From an uncultured Hyphomicrobiaceae bacterium (GTDB taxonomy: Bacteria > Pseudomonadota > Alphaproteobacteria > Rhizobiales > Hyphomicrobiaceae): 29,270 nucleotides of DNA. A program made the position numbers and the translations under genes. The notes beneath the pieces were generated by a model. It was not told the DNA's origin. It searched no databases and saw only the letters and a list, made by a program, of their open reading frames with translations. Location of the stretch: the NCBI GenBank assembly GCA_964632265.1, contig CAZWCL010000001.1:1-29270 (forward strand), given 5' to 3'. Positions within the stretch are counted from its first letter, which is position 1, and each line of letters begins with the position of its first letter. Below, in pieces: positions 18,090-27,434 of this stretch.

Positions 18090-19310
18090 ATGCGCGCTCT
18101 GACCTGGCACGGCAGCGAAGATGTTCGTGTCGAAACCGTGCCTGACCCCGAAATCGTCAATCCACGCGATGCCATAGTCGAAGTAACCTCGACAGCGATC
18201 TGCGGCTCCGACCTCCACCTCTACGACGGTGTCATTCCCGGCTTGCTGGCCGGCGATATCCTGGGTCATGAGTTCATGGGCCGCGTCGTTGAAACCGGCG
18301 CCGACAGCACGCTGCAAAAAGGACAGCGCGTGGTGGTTCCTTTCGTGATCGCTTGCGGCAGCTGCTTTTTCTGTGAGAAACATCAGTTCTCGGCATGCGA
18401 CAACTCAAATCCCGTCGAGAAACAGGATCTAACCGAGCAGCTCTTCGGCCACGCTATGAGCGGGCTCTTTGGCTACTCGCATCTCACCGGCGGCTATCCA
18501 GGTGGTCAGGCCGAGTATGTGCGTGTGCCCTTTTCCGACGTCGGCCCTATCGTTGTTCCCGAGGCTCTCGACGACGACCGCGTCCTGTTCCTCTCCGATA
18601 TCCTGCCAACCGGCTGGATGGCGGCTGAGAACGCCGAGATCGAGCCAGGTGACACCGTCGCGGTCTGGGGGTGTGGTCCGGTCGGCCTGTTCGCCATCCA
18701 GAGCGCGCTGCTCAAAGGCGCCCATAAGGTGATCGCCATCGATCACTATCCTCACCGGCTGGAACTTGCCCGCCACCTCGGCGCCGACATCATCGATTTC
18801 CAGCAGACCCGGGTCGGCGAGGCGTTGATGGAGTTGACGGGCGGCATTGGCCCGGATGCAGTAATCGATGCCGTTGGCATGGAGGCTCACGGCATTTCCA
18901 TCGACAGCGCTCTCGACGCTGCAAAGCAGAAAATCGGCGTCGGCGCCGACCGCGGCCATGCCCTGCGCGAGGCCATCATGGCGTGCCGAAAGGGCGGCAG
19001 GGTTTCGATCCCGGGCGTCTATGGCGGCTACCTCGACATGTTCCCGCTCGGCGCGTTGATGGAGAAAGGCCTGACGGTCAAGACCGGCCAGACCCACGTT
19101 CAACGCTATACCAAGGACTTGCTGCGCAGGATCGAAGAAGACGAGATCGATACCACCTTTCTTATTTCCCACCGCCTGCCGCTCGAGGAGGCCCCGACCG
19201 GCTACGCCAACTTCAAGGACAGGCAGAATGACTGGACGAAAGTCGTTCTCAAGCCCCGGATGCAAAAGGGCGTGGAACACTTGCAACCGCAACGGGCGCA
19301 CCAATGGTGA
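18090..19310 (+). CDS. Zn-dependent alcohol dehydrogenase (glutathione-independent formaldehyde dehydrogenase-like)
   Basis: [21 protein letters not shown]...[15 protein letters not shown]. Confidence 0.92.
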   Translation: MRALTWHGSEDVRVETVPDPEIVNPRDAIVEVTSTAICGSDLHLYDGVIPGLLAGDILGHEFMGRVVETGADSTLQKGQRVVVPFVIACGSCFFCEKHQFSACDNSNPVEKQDLTEQLFGHAMSGLFGYSHLTGGYPGGQAEYVRVPFSDVGPIVVPEALDDDRVLFLSDILPTGWMAAENAEIEPGDTVAVWGCGPVGLFAIQSALLKGAHKVIAIDHYPHRLELARHLGADIIDFQQTRVGEALMELTGGIGPDAVIDAVGMEAHGISIDSALDAAKQKIGVGADRGHALREAIMACRKGGRVSIPGVYGGYLDMFPLGALMEKGLTVKTGQTHVQRYTKDLLRRIEEDEIDTTFLISHRLPLEEAPTGYANFKDRQNDWTKVVLKPRMQKGVEHLQPQRAHQW

Positions 19311-19386
19311 TAGGCAAGAAGGTGGAGACAAACCGGCCTCCTTGCAGGTGCTCTGTGCATTGATGATGCATTGCAGATGATACGGT

Positions 19387-20040
19387 CTATTGTTGTGCGA
19401 CGGACGGATCCGGAGGAAGCCCTCCTGTTTTCGGCGGCGTGATGCCCATGGAGACGTATACGCTGATCAAGTCATCGACATATCCTGGAGCCGGTTCAAC
19501 CCATGATTCAGGCACATAGATGAGAGCGCCACCGAATGGCACGGGGGCTGAGGGAATAAGAACGCCGATGTAGCTCGTGTCGTCGAAAATCACGGGTCTG
19601 GCGGTCGGCATGAGGGCTAGCACCGCCGCGCCCGGCTTGCCGCCAAAGAAACACCAGACCGGCTTCATGTTCTTAATATTGGCGTCGCTATCCTTGGAAC
19701 CGACGACGGACACAACCCGGCTCGATAGGTCATAGACAGTTGAAATCAACGGTGTGCCGCGAAGCAGACGATCAACAAGAGCTGCCATCCAGGCGCCAAT
19801 CCGCGATTCGATAATCTTACCCAGCAAGTAGATTGCAACGATTATCACCGCCAGTCCGATGAGATATGAGGCCGTAGTGCTGACACCCAGTCCCAATGCG
19901 ATCAGAAAGCGCCCGAATTCACTATCGGGGCCGACATACTGGTTGATGAGTGACAGTGACCAACCCACGATGAATGCGGTCAGCGCCAAGGGGAGGGCGG
20001 CCAGGAGGCCGGATAGGAAAACGCGGAGTAGTCTGTTCAT
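19387..20040 (-). CDS. DUF502-family membrane protein
   Basis: FLSGLLAALPLALT, two TMs, LLRGTPLISTVY, VLIPSAPVPFGGALIYVP, VSMG. Confidence 0.75.
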   Translation of the reverse strand: MNRLLRVFLSGLLAALPLALTAFIVGWSLSLINQYVGPDSEFGRFLIALGLGVSTTASYLIGLAVIIVAIYLLGKIIESRIGAWMAALVDRLLRGTPLISTVYDLSSRVVSVVGSKDSDANIKNMKPVWCFFGGKPGAAVLALMPTARPVIFDDTSYIGVLIPSAPVPFGGALIYVPESWVEPAPGYVDDLISVYVSMGITPPKTGGLPPDPSVAQQ

Positions 20041-20323
20041 TGGCTAGGTCTCCGAAAGTGGCAATAACCTTCGAGACCGTGCAACGATAAACCGGCAAAG
20101 ACCACCCGGTATGTGGACGCGCTTACTCACAGGCCATTTGCATCGGCGTCAGCACAGGATAGGAGGTCGCTGGGCGCGGACTTCTACAATTCAACAAGTT
20201 CTACATAAAGGCGCAACGAATCGGACTGCGCGGAGAGTTGTTGCCCGCATCGGCGCCGGCGACCCAGCTTTTGCAAGTGGCCGGGTTTAGCTTCAGTGCA
20301 CTGAACTCTTGCTGGCGTTGAAA

Positions 20324-20353
20324 GCGGGCCGGACTTTCAAGAGTACGGCCCGC
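20324..20353 (-). terminator. Possible terminator hairpin after the PRC-barrel gene
   Basis: GCGGGCCG (20324-20331) / CGGCCCGC (20346-20353), ~20 nt past the stop; only a short U-tract on the minus strand. Confidence 0.35.
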
Positions 20354-20372
20354 GAGAAAAATCTTGCTAATG

Positions 20373-20723
20373 CTAATTCGTTTGAGCTTCAGGCAGCTGC
20401 ATCGCCGCGGCCTGGTCAATCGTCAGGTTGATGCGATCGTCACCCGCATTGTACTGATCTTTCCCGACCTCCACCGTCTTTGCGCCGATGCCGAGAGCCT
20501 GGTCCATTTCAACCTGCAACTTGTCGCCCTCGACGCTCTTGACAGTGCCGATCTGCACGCCACCCGAGCTGAAGACCGGCCAGTCCGTATAGGACTGAGT
20601 CTGACCAGACTGCGTTTGGGTCGCCTGACCGGACTGTCCCATCGTACCGCTTTGCTGAGCGGCGACCGGCGCAGCGCCAAGGACCGTTGCGATCGCGATA
20701 GCTGTAATGAGGTTCTTAGTCAT
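20373..20723 (-). CDS. Small secreted PRC-barrel-like protein
   Basis: Signal peptide MTKNLITAIAIATVLGAAPVAA, Q/T/G-rich linker, then WPVFSSGGVQIGTV and LGIGAKTVEV. Start 20723 preferred over track start 20882. Confidence 0.7.
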   Translation of the reverse strand: MTKNLITAIAIATVLGAAPVAAQQSGTMGQSGQATQTQSGQTQSYTDWPVFSSGGVQIGTVKSVEGDKLQVEMDQALGIGAKTVEVGKDQYNAGDDRINLTIDQAAAMQLPEAQTN

Positions 20724-20780
20724 CTCATGATTACCTTTTACCAAGTGAGGCGACAACATTTCGTCGTCGCATACCGCCCG

Positions 20781-20806
20781 AACTAAAGACGTCAGCGTTT
20801 GGTTCC
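20781..20806 (-). promoter_or_regulatory. Putative EcfG general-stress promoter
   Basis: Minus strand GGAAC-N17-AGTT, ~58 nt upstream of the PRC-barrel start. Confidence 0.55.
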
Positions 20807-20929
20807 GCTGAAAACTGAACAAGCAAACGAGGACGTTGGCGGCTGTCACCCCGCAGGTGGCAGGCTTGCAAAGCCCGACCAAAATGAACGAATATTAAAT
20901 TTCGGACCGAGGATCGCACGAGGAAAAAC

Positions 20930-21652
20930 GTGTTGTTCTGCTCTCTGGATAGGATGCGCGTGCCGCTGACTACGGCGCTTTTCGCTACTGCTGTTCTGGC
21001 AGTATCCTTTGCGGCCGAACGTTTCGATCTTGCCGTCTACGCGCTCAGCTTCTGGCACTATTTCGTCTATGCGCTGGCATTCTGTTTCCGCAGTGTTGAT
21101 CACACCGCCTTCAAACGCGATGCGATCCTGCTCAAAGCGCTATCGATGACGGTCCTCATAGCCGTGGTTGTCCAAACGAGTCCGAACCCTGCGTCGATCG
21201 CAGTCGCGGCTGCCGGTTTTGGCCTCAACCTGTGGGCGGCGTCGGTGCTTGGTACGGACCGCACGTACTATGGTGTCGAGGTCAGAGGAATGCCGGTCGA
21301 ATGGTCGACCGCGATGCCGTTTTCCATCGTTCGCCACCCAATGCTGATCGGCAATATGGTAGCTTACGGCGGGCTTCTCCTTGATGACGAGCTCCGTGAT
21401 ATCTGGTGGCCCCTCATAGCGCTTCACGTTGCCAGCAATTTTCTCGTGTTGCTGATGGAAGGCCTTGACAGCATAGACCGATCGCGGGCCCGATTGTCGC
21501 TGTGGGGCAGCCTATTGGCCGGAACTCTTCTGCTCATCGTGTGTTTTGCGAACGTTATGCCTTTCGCCCTTCTGAGCGCGATTATTATTATTGCATTCGG
21601 CGCAATCCTTATCGAAAATTATACCGAGACGACCAGGAACCGGCGTCCTTAG
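20930..21652 (+). CDS. Integral-membrane PEMT/ICMT-like methyltransferase (putative)
   Basis: Multi-TM protein with LGTDRTYYGVEV and MPFSIVRHPMLIG, resembling the G.Y.G...PF..RHPM motif of membrane SAM methyltransferases. GAGGA RBS before GTG. Confidence 0.65.
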   Translation: MLFCSLDRMRVPLTTALFATAVLAVSFAAERFDLAVYALSFWHYFVYALAFCFRSVDHTAFKRDAILLKALSMTVLIAVVVQTSPNPASIAVAAAGFGLNLWAASVLGTDRTYYGVEVRGMPVEWSTAMPFSIVRHPMLIGNMVAYGGLLLDDELRDIWWPLIALHVASNFLVLLMEGLDSIDRSRARLSLWGSLLAGTLLLIVCFANVMPFALLSAIIIIAFGAILIENYTETTRNRRP

Positions 21653-21675
21653 ACAGCAACTCAAAGAGATACGTT

Positions 21676-22524
21676 ATGACGGACCGAAGCGACTCAACTA
21701 TCGACTATGCGCCGCGGAAGAGTTCGGGGACCAAAGATATATTTGCGGCACGCGTTGGCAGATTTCACGATAGTCATTTGCAGGCCTTGATGGACGAACT
21801 CTCCGCATGGGTCGAGTCGACCTACCGGGATGAACTTGCGCACCGCCCTTCGAAGCACGTCTACATTCAAAACCTTCCCGCGCCAATTATCGCCATGATT
21901 GACCGGCTACGCGATAGCGATGTTATCAACTCTGCAATAATGGATCAGTTTTCCTCATCTTCGGTACTCAAACCGATGAAGGCAACCGACGAACTATATA
22001 TATCGCATTACAATAAGGACTATGGTGGAGATCACGGACTCTTCACGAAACATTACGATGGGAACCTGCGTTTCATGCCAGTTGGCACCGTAGTGCGGGC
22101 GCTGATCTATTTGCAATCCGACGCGACGTACACGGTCGTATTCGCAAACAGCAAGGTCGAAAAGGCGTTTCAGTCGTACGATTTCGGCCTGCTTGACTTC
22201 CACAACGAGCTGCACTGGGTGGAGGGAGAGTACAACCCCGATGACCAGCAGCGTATTCTTCTCAAGTGCAATTATCTGATTGCGCCAAGGAATGCGCTAT
22301 GGCTTACGCGCGGATTGCTGGCCCTCAACGAAGCCGTCTTCTACATCGTGAAGTCCGCGATGGAATACTCGAAGAGCCCCCGCACGCCCGCTCAGTATCT
22401 TGTGGGCTATACGTGCAATGTCATGCGCCTAGCCAACAACGTCAGCCCGATACTGCCAATTGTCTTGGTCGGAACCTTGTTTGGAGCAATCGGCTGGGCA
22501 CTGAGTTCGCTCCTGCCAAGCTAG
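21676..22524 (+). CDS. Hypothetical protein with HxD...H triad (Fe(II)/2OG dioxygenase-like) and C-terminal membrane anchor
   Basis: KHYDG (H at 22051), ELHWV (H at 22213), downstream RILLK, and a hydrophobic C-terminus. Start 21676 preferred because track start 21502 overlaps the upstream gene. Confidence 0.55.
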   Translation: MTDRSDSTIDYAPRKSSGTKDIFAARVGRFHDSHLQALMDELSAWVESTYRDELAHRPSKHVYIQNLPAPIIAMIDRLRDSDVINSAIMDQFSSSSVLKPMKATDELYISHYNKDYGGDHGLFTKHYDGNLRFMPVGTVVRALIYLQSDATYTVVFANSKVEKAFQSYDFGLLDFHNELHWVEGEYNPDDQQRILLKCNYLIAPRNALWLTRGLLALNEAVFYIVKSAMEYSKSPRTPAQYLVGYTCNVMRLANNVSPILPIVLVGTLFGAIGWALSSLLPS

Positions 22525-22794
22525 CTCTACTCATTCGACGAACAACGACATGATCCCGGTGCGGCCTTCCAGTAGCCTCCTCTTGCTCAGGTTTTACTTC
22601 GGTGCATTGGCCTAGATCCTCTCCAACGTCACATACCGACGGCGGCAGGGACTGGCGGCCATCATTGACGCAGAAGTTGATCGCCGTGAGAGTCGCATCC
22701 CGTATAACATCGGCTGGACGGAGCCGACTTCCGCGTCAATGATGGCGCGACGGCACCGGCCGCCCCCTGGCCCGCAGCACATCGGACACAGATC

Positions 22795-24447
22795 ATGAAC
22801 GTCATCGACACCATCGCCAAAATCTTGAAACAGGAAGGCGTCGAATGGATCTCGTGCTTCCCGAGCAATCCGCTGATCTCGGCGGCGGCGCGCGCCGGCA
22901 TCCGACCCATCGCATTCCGCCACGAGCGCGGCGCCGTCATGGCCGCCGACGGCTGCAGCCGGATCAGCGACCGCCTCCGCTTTGGCGTCTGCGCCGTTCA
23001 ATCGCAGGCGGGTGCTGAAAATGCCATGGGCGGCCTCGCGCAGGCCAACGCCGACAACATACCCGTCCTCGTTTTCGTTGGCGGCAACCAGCTCGACCGC
23101 GTTGCCGTCAAACCCAATTTCTCCGCCGCCGAACAGTACCGCGGCTGGGTGAAGCACGTCGAGGCGATCTACACGCCCGACCAGGTGGGCGATGTCATGC
23201 GCCGTGCTTTTCACGCGCTCCGAAACGGCCGGCCGGGGCCTGTCGTCGTCGAACTCACGGCCGATGTCTGCGCCAAGGAGGTGTCGGAGGCGGCGCAGAT
23301 ATACACATCGCCCGCGATCGCCCGCCAGATGCCCGAGGCTGCTGCCATCGCCGAAGCGGCCGAAAAACTGATCAGTGCGAAAAAACCGATGATCTGGGCC
23401 GGCGCCGGTGTCCTCTTCGCCGAGGCGACCGATGCGCTGTGTCAGCTTGCCGAACTCACTGCGATGCCGGTCTTCACCACGATGCCTGGCAAGTCCGCTT
23501 TCGACGAGCGCCACGCGCTCGCGCTCGGCGCCGGCAGCGGCGCGACAACGCTCGCCGCGCATGAATGGCTGAAGAGCTCCGATGTCCTCCTTGCGCTCGG
23601 CACCAGCCTGACCCGGACGCCCTACGGCCAGGCTGTTCCTCCCGGCAAAGCCATCATCCACAACACCAATAGCCCGGACGATATCAACAAGGACGAAGCC
23701 GCGGCGATCGCGCTTGCCGGCGACACCCGTCTCACCATCGAGGCCCTGATCGAGGCGATTGCCGCCAAGACCGGCGCCAAGGGTTTCGGTGACCGTGCCG
23801 CGGTCGAAGCCGAAGTTGCCGCCGCCAAAGCGCGCTGGATGGCCGAATGGCAGCCGGTGCTCACCTCAGACGAGGAGCCGATCAGCTACTACCGCGTGAT
23901 CCACGAGATCAACCAGACGCTCGATCTCGAGGCAAGCATCGTCACGCACGATGCCGGCGCGCCGCGCGATTCGATCGTGCCATTCCACATCGCCACCGCG
24001 CCGCACAGCTACGTCGGCTGGGGTAAGACCACGCATCTAGGCTTTGGGATTCCTTTGATGATCGGTGCCAAGCTGGCGGCCCCTGAGAAATTCTGTCTCA
24101 ACCTGATGGGTGACGGTGCGTTCGGCATGTCGGGCACCGATATCGAGACCGCCGCCCGTTCGGGCGCTGCGATCACCACGGTCCTCCTGAACAACTTCGC
24201 GATGGCAACCTATTCCGGCCCGACGCAAGGCACCATCGGCAAGGAAGCACGCGAGATCTACGGCGTCTCCAACATGCAGGGCGACTACGCCAAGATCGCC
24301 GAAGGGATGGGCGCCATCGGCATCCGCGTCACCAAGCCCGCCGAGATAGCACCAGCGCTGCGTGAAGCGCAGAAGCTCAACAAGGATGGCAAGACCGTGC
24401 TGATCGAAGTGATGGCCAACGTGGAAGAGCGCCGGTCGAAGTTTTGA
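22795..24447 (+). CDS. ThDP-dependent enzyme, acetolactate-synthase-like superfamily (substrate unknown)
   Basis: RHERGAVMAADG (catalytic Glu), NGRPGPVVVEL, THDAG, GDGAFGMSG...LLNN ThDP motif. Confidence 0.9.
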   Translation: MNVIDTIAKILKQEGVEWISCFPSNPLISAAARAGIRPIAFRHERGAVMAADGCSRISDRLRFGVCAVQSQAGAENAMGGLAQANADNIPVLVFVGGNQLDRVAVKPNFSAAEQYRGWVKHVEAIYTPDQVGDVMRRAFHALRNGRPGPVVVELTADVCAKEVSEAAQIYTSPAIARQMPEAAAIAEAAEKLISAKKPMIWAGAGVLFAEATDALCQLAELTAMPVFTTMPGKSAFDERHALALGAGSGATTLAAHEWLKSSDVLLALGTSLTRTPYGQAVPPGKAIIHNTNSPDDINKDEAAAIALAGDTRLTIEALIEAIAAKTGAKGFGDRAAVEAEVAAAKARWMAEWQPVLTSDEEPISYYRVIHEINQTLDLEASIVTHDAGAPRDSIVPFHIATAPHSYVGWGKTTHLGFGIPLMIGAKLAAPEKFCLNLMGDGAFGMSGTDIETAARSGAAITTVLLNNFAMATYSGPTQGTIGKEAREIYGVSNMQGDYAKIAEGMGAIGIRVTKPAEIAPALREAQKLNKDGKTVLIEVMANVEERRSKF

Positions 24448-24533
24448 GTGACGATGCTCGACCAGACCGAGGACCTGCCGCGGCTGACAACGATGCTGGT
24501 TGGCCCGGGATCACGATATGATGACGGTTATTT

Positions 24534-24558
24534 GGAACACTCCGAGGCGGTATCTGTT
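24534..24558 (+). promoter_or_regulatory. Putative EcfG general-stress promoter
   Basis: GGAAC-N16-TGTT, ~70 nt upstream of the SDR start at 24628. Confidence 0.55.
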
Positions 24559-24627
24559 CGCAGATGCAGGGCATTTGGTTTCAATAATCAGATGCCAAAC
24601 TTCGCCATGGATCAGGGAGTTTCAAAG

Positions 24628-25398
24628 ATGAGAGGCTTGAATGGCAAAGTTTGCCTCGTAACAGGTGGCGGACTGGGTATAGGCGCAGCAACCTGCAAGC
24701 GCTTGGCTGAGGAAGGTGCAAAGGTTGCCGTCACCGACCTTCGCGACGAGGCGGCCCAGAAGATCACGGAAGAGATAACAGGAGGCGGCGGCGAAGCGAA
24801 ATTTTGGCCGCTCGACGTAACAGACGAGGACCAGGTGAGAAGCGCTTTCGCCGGGGTCCAGGATCATTGGGGCCGGTTCGACATCTTGGTGAATAATGCA
24901 GGGGTCGCGGGCGCGGATAAGCCGACGCATGAGATAGAGGCCGATGAATGGTCCATGGTCATGGATGTCAATGTGAAAGGCGTCTTCTTCTGCACGAAAC
25001 ATGCGATCCCGCAGATGCGCCGGACCGGAGCTGGAAGCATCATCAACCTCTCTTCGATCTACGGCATCATCGGCGCGCCCGACATACCTCCTTATCACGC
25101 CTCGAAAGGTGCGGTGCGCGAGATGACCAAGACCGATGCCTTGCTTTATGCGAAGGAGAAAATACGCGTGAATTCGGTCCATCCCGGCTTCATCTGGACC
25201 CCACTGGTAGAGGATCTGGCGAAGCGCTCTGGTCAGGACGTCGAGAAATTCCGGGCCGAACTGGACAGCCGTCATCCGATTGGACACGTCGGAAAGCCTG
25301 AGGATATCGCGGCTGGCATCGCCTATCTCGCCTCCGAAGATGCCGGCTTTATTACCGGTTCGGAACTTGTTATCGACGGCGGATACATTGCCAGATAA
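24628..25398 (+). CDS. Classical SDR oxidoreductase
   Basis: TGGGLGIG, NNAG, S...YHASK, NSVHPG, ITGSELVIDGG. GGGAG RBS before ATG 24628 (track start 24448 is too long). Confidence 0.92.
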   Translation: MRGLNGKVCLVTGGGLGIGAATCKRLAEEGAKVAVTDLRDEAAQKITEEITGGGGEAKFWPLDVTDEDQVRSAFAGVQDHWGRFDILVNNAGVAGADKPTHEIEADEWSMVMDVNVKGVFFCTKHAIPQMRRTGAGSIINLSSIYGIIGAPDIPPYHASKGAVREMTKTDALLYAKEKIRVNSVHPGFIWTPLVEDLAKRSGQDVEKFRAELDSRHPIGHVGKPEDIAAGIAYLASEDAGFITGSELVIDGGYIAR

Positions 25399-25800
25399 TG
25401 CCACCACTCCGCTTGAGTGCACGAAAGCTTCAAGGTCGCGGGTGTTAGCAAGCTCAAGGCGCCCGCCTCAATGATCCGACGTTACGCGATACAGGCCGAA
25501 TGTCGGTTAGTTAGCCGTCGCCGGTAGAATGAGACCGACCCGTCTGCTTGGCCCCGGTGGCACGACAGGCAGAGCCGGACTTGCCGGTAAATTGCTACAC
25601 GTCAACGAACCGTCGGGGCGGCGGCAAATTCATCTGCCGGCGAAAGGGACTTGCCGCAACCACGCACAGCGAAGGCAGTAAATCTGGCGACAAAAGGACC
25701 ATAGAACTCTCGGCAGACTCTACTTCAATCCAGGATGGCGGTCTTAGCTGTCTGAGGATATGGCGGTGCATGCAATAACCAAAACCGGCTAAAGGCGTGT

Positions 25801-26574
25801 ATGGGAAGTGTAGCGCTTGGTTTTCTCGCAAGTTTTCTGGCGGGCTCGGCAACCGCCGTGGGTGCTATCCCGGTCTTATTTGGACGTTCAATATCCCAGC
25901 GGATAAATGATGCACTGCTCGGGTTCGCGGCCGGCGTGATGCTGGCAGCATCTTTCTTCTCCCTAATTATTCCTGGCCTTGAGACTGCAGATGAAATTTA
26001 TGGGGATCACTTTATTCCGGCGACCATCGCCGTCATAGGGGTCGTGATTGGTGTCGCCCTGCTCGCGGCGCTCAATCAATGGGTACCCCACGAGCATTTC
26101 GCTCAAGGGCGGCAAGGGCCTGAGAAAAGCAAACTCGCGAGGATCTGGCTCTTCGTATTGGCAATAACCATACACAATCTACCCGAGGGGTTGGCCGTCG
26201 GTGTCGGATTTGCTGGAGAAGACATTGCCGGTGGAACGACGCTGGCCATAGGAATCGGCCTGCAGAACGCGCCGGAAGGTCTTGCAGTCGCCGTCGCTCT
26301 ATTGTCCTCCGGCTACAGTCGTGTTTCTGCCTTTTTAATCGCCAGCCTGACCGGCATGGTTGAACCCGTCGCGGGATTGGCGGGAGCTTACGCAGTCAGC
26401 TTGTCACAGCTGGTGCTTCCATGGGCTCTGACGTTCGCCGCAGGGGCGATGCTCTATGTCATCAGCCACGAAATTATTCCGGAGACGCATCGCCACGGTT
26501 ATGAAAACGAAGCCACATTTGGCCTGACACTTGGACTTGTGATCATGATGTTTCTCGACGTGGTGTTTGGATAG
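25801..26574 (+). CDS. ZIP-family (ZupT-like) divalent metal transporter
   Basis: LLGFAAGVMLAASFFSLI, PHEH, AITIHNLPEGLAVG, IGLQNAPEGLAVA, SHEIIPETH. Confidence 0.92.
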   Translation: MGSVALGFLASFLAGSATAVGAIPVLFGRSISQRINDALLGFAAGVMLAASFFSLIIPGLETADEIYGDHFIPATIAVIGVVIGVALLAALNQWVPHEHFAQGRQGPEKSKLARIWLFVLAITIHNLPEGLAVGVGFAGEDIAGGTTLAIGIGLQNAPEGLAVAVALLSSGYSRVSAFLIASLTGMVEPVAGLAGAYAVSLSQLVLPWALTFAAGAMLYVISHEIIPETHRHGYENEATFGLTLGLVIMMFLDVVFG

Positions 26575-26632
26575 ACCTCTATGTCGGCCATCCGTGGAAC
26601 ACCAGAAAGGCTTTGGGTGGCAGTGCTCATTT

Positions 26633-27271
26633 TCACCCTTTCAGATTTTCGTAATCGTTTTCCAGATCCGTGCGCACCAGCGCCGCGACCAATCGCGGGA
26701 ACTCTGCATCGCTGACCCTGCCGGCGAGGCCCTTGGCCGTTTTCGGTAGCCTTAGTCTCTCGGCCGCCTGTAACGCCTTCTTGTCTGCAAACGGGCGGAG
26801 TTCCGGCCAAGCCACTTGCGCCTCGCGGAAGAAAATGTCGACGCCGACATCGCCGAGGCCTTTGAACGCCTTCAACCGCCGACGCTCCTCCTCCGGATCT
26901 TCGCCGGCAGCCTTGCGCAGCTTCCGCAGGTCGCCGCCGTATTCATCGCGGAGCGCCTGGGCCGTCTCGCCAAGGTTCCGACTGTAGCTCTCGTCGTAGC
27001 GCTTGTAGCCATGCGCCGTGAGCACGTCGACACGGTCCTGCCAACTCGCCGCCGCCATCTTCTCGGCCGAGGTCAGCTCGGCATCGGTCAGCGCGCGGGC
27101 CGTCTCGGTCGCTTTGCCGGCGCTGATCCGTGCGGAATAGAGAATCGACGCCACGAGTAAGCGAAACAGGATGCTAGGCGTGTTCTTCGCGATGTCGATG
27201 CCGAGTTCATCACAGTAAGTCCGCCCGTGCCGCTCGAGCAGCCTGTCGATTGTCCTGTTGCCGCTTGCCAT
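26633..27271 (-). CDS. HhH-GPD / endonuclease-III-like helix-hairpin-helix protein lacking an Fe-S cluster (putative)
   Basis: GRTYCDELGI, LFRLLVASILYSARI, YKRYDE, HhH-like LKAFKGLGDVGVDIFFRE. Start 27271 preferred over track start 27535, which overlaps the polymerase gene. Confidence 0.65.
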   Translation of the reverse strand: MASGNRTIDRLLERHGRTYCDELGIDIAKNTPSILFRLLVASILYSARISAGKATETARALTDAELTSAEKMAAASWQDRVDVLTAHGYKRYDESYSRNLGETAQALRDEYGGDLRKLRKAAGEDPEEERRRLKAFKGLGDVGVDIFFREAQVAWPELRPFADKKALQAAERLRLPKTAKGLAGRVSDAEFPRLVAALVRTDLENDYENLKG

Positions 27272-27300
27272 TTCCGCACCAACGCCGCTTTGTTTCTGGT

Positions 27301-27325
27301 AACCGGCACCGACGATAGTGGTTCC
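27301..27325 (-). promoter_or_regulatory. Putative EcfG general-stress promoter
   Basis: Minus strand GGAAC-N16-GGTT, ~30 nt upstream of the HhH gene start. Confidence 0.6.
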
Positions 27326-27434
27326 GTCCTCAGGCATCGCATTGCACCCAGCTGCGAACCGGCATGCACACCCCCACCTGCAAATTCTTGTTCTGTCATG
27401 CCGATACGAAATCGCCCGACGGTTGCCTCGGCGC

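Noticed and set aside
18429-19331. 300-aa minus-strand ORF
   Set aside because: Antisense shadow of the Zn-dehydrogenase gene.
22612-23661. 349-aa minus-strand ORF
   Set aside because: Antisense shadow of the ThDP enzyme gene.
25399-25800. Riboswitch or Zur box upstream of the ZIP transporter (GGACTTGCCG appears twice)
   Set aside because: No yybP-ykoY or Zur consensus could be matched by eye; an Infernal/Rfam scan would be decisive.
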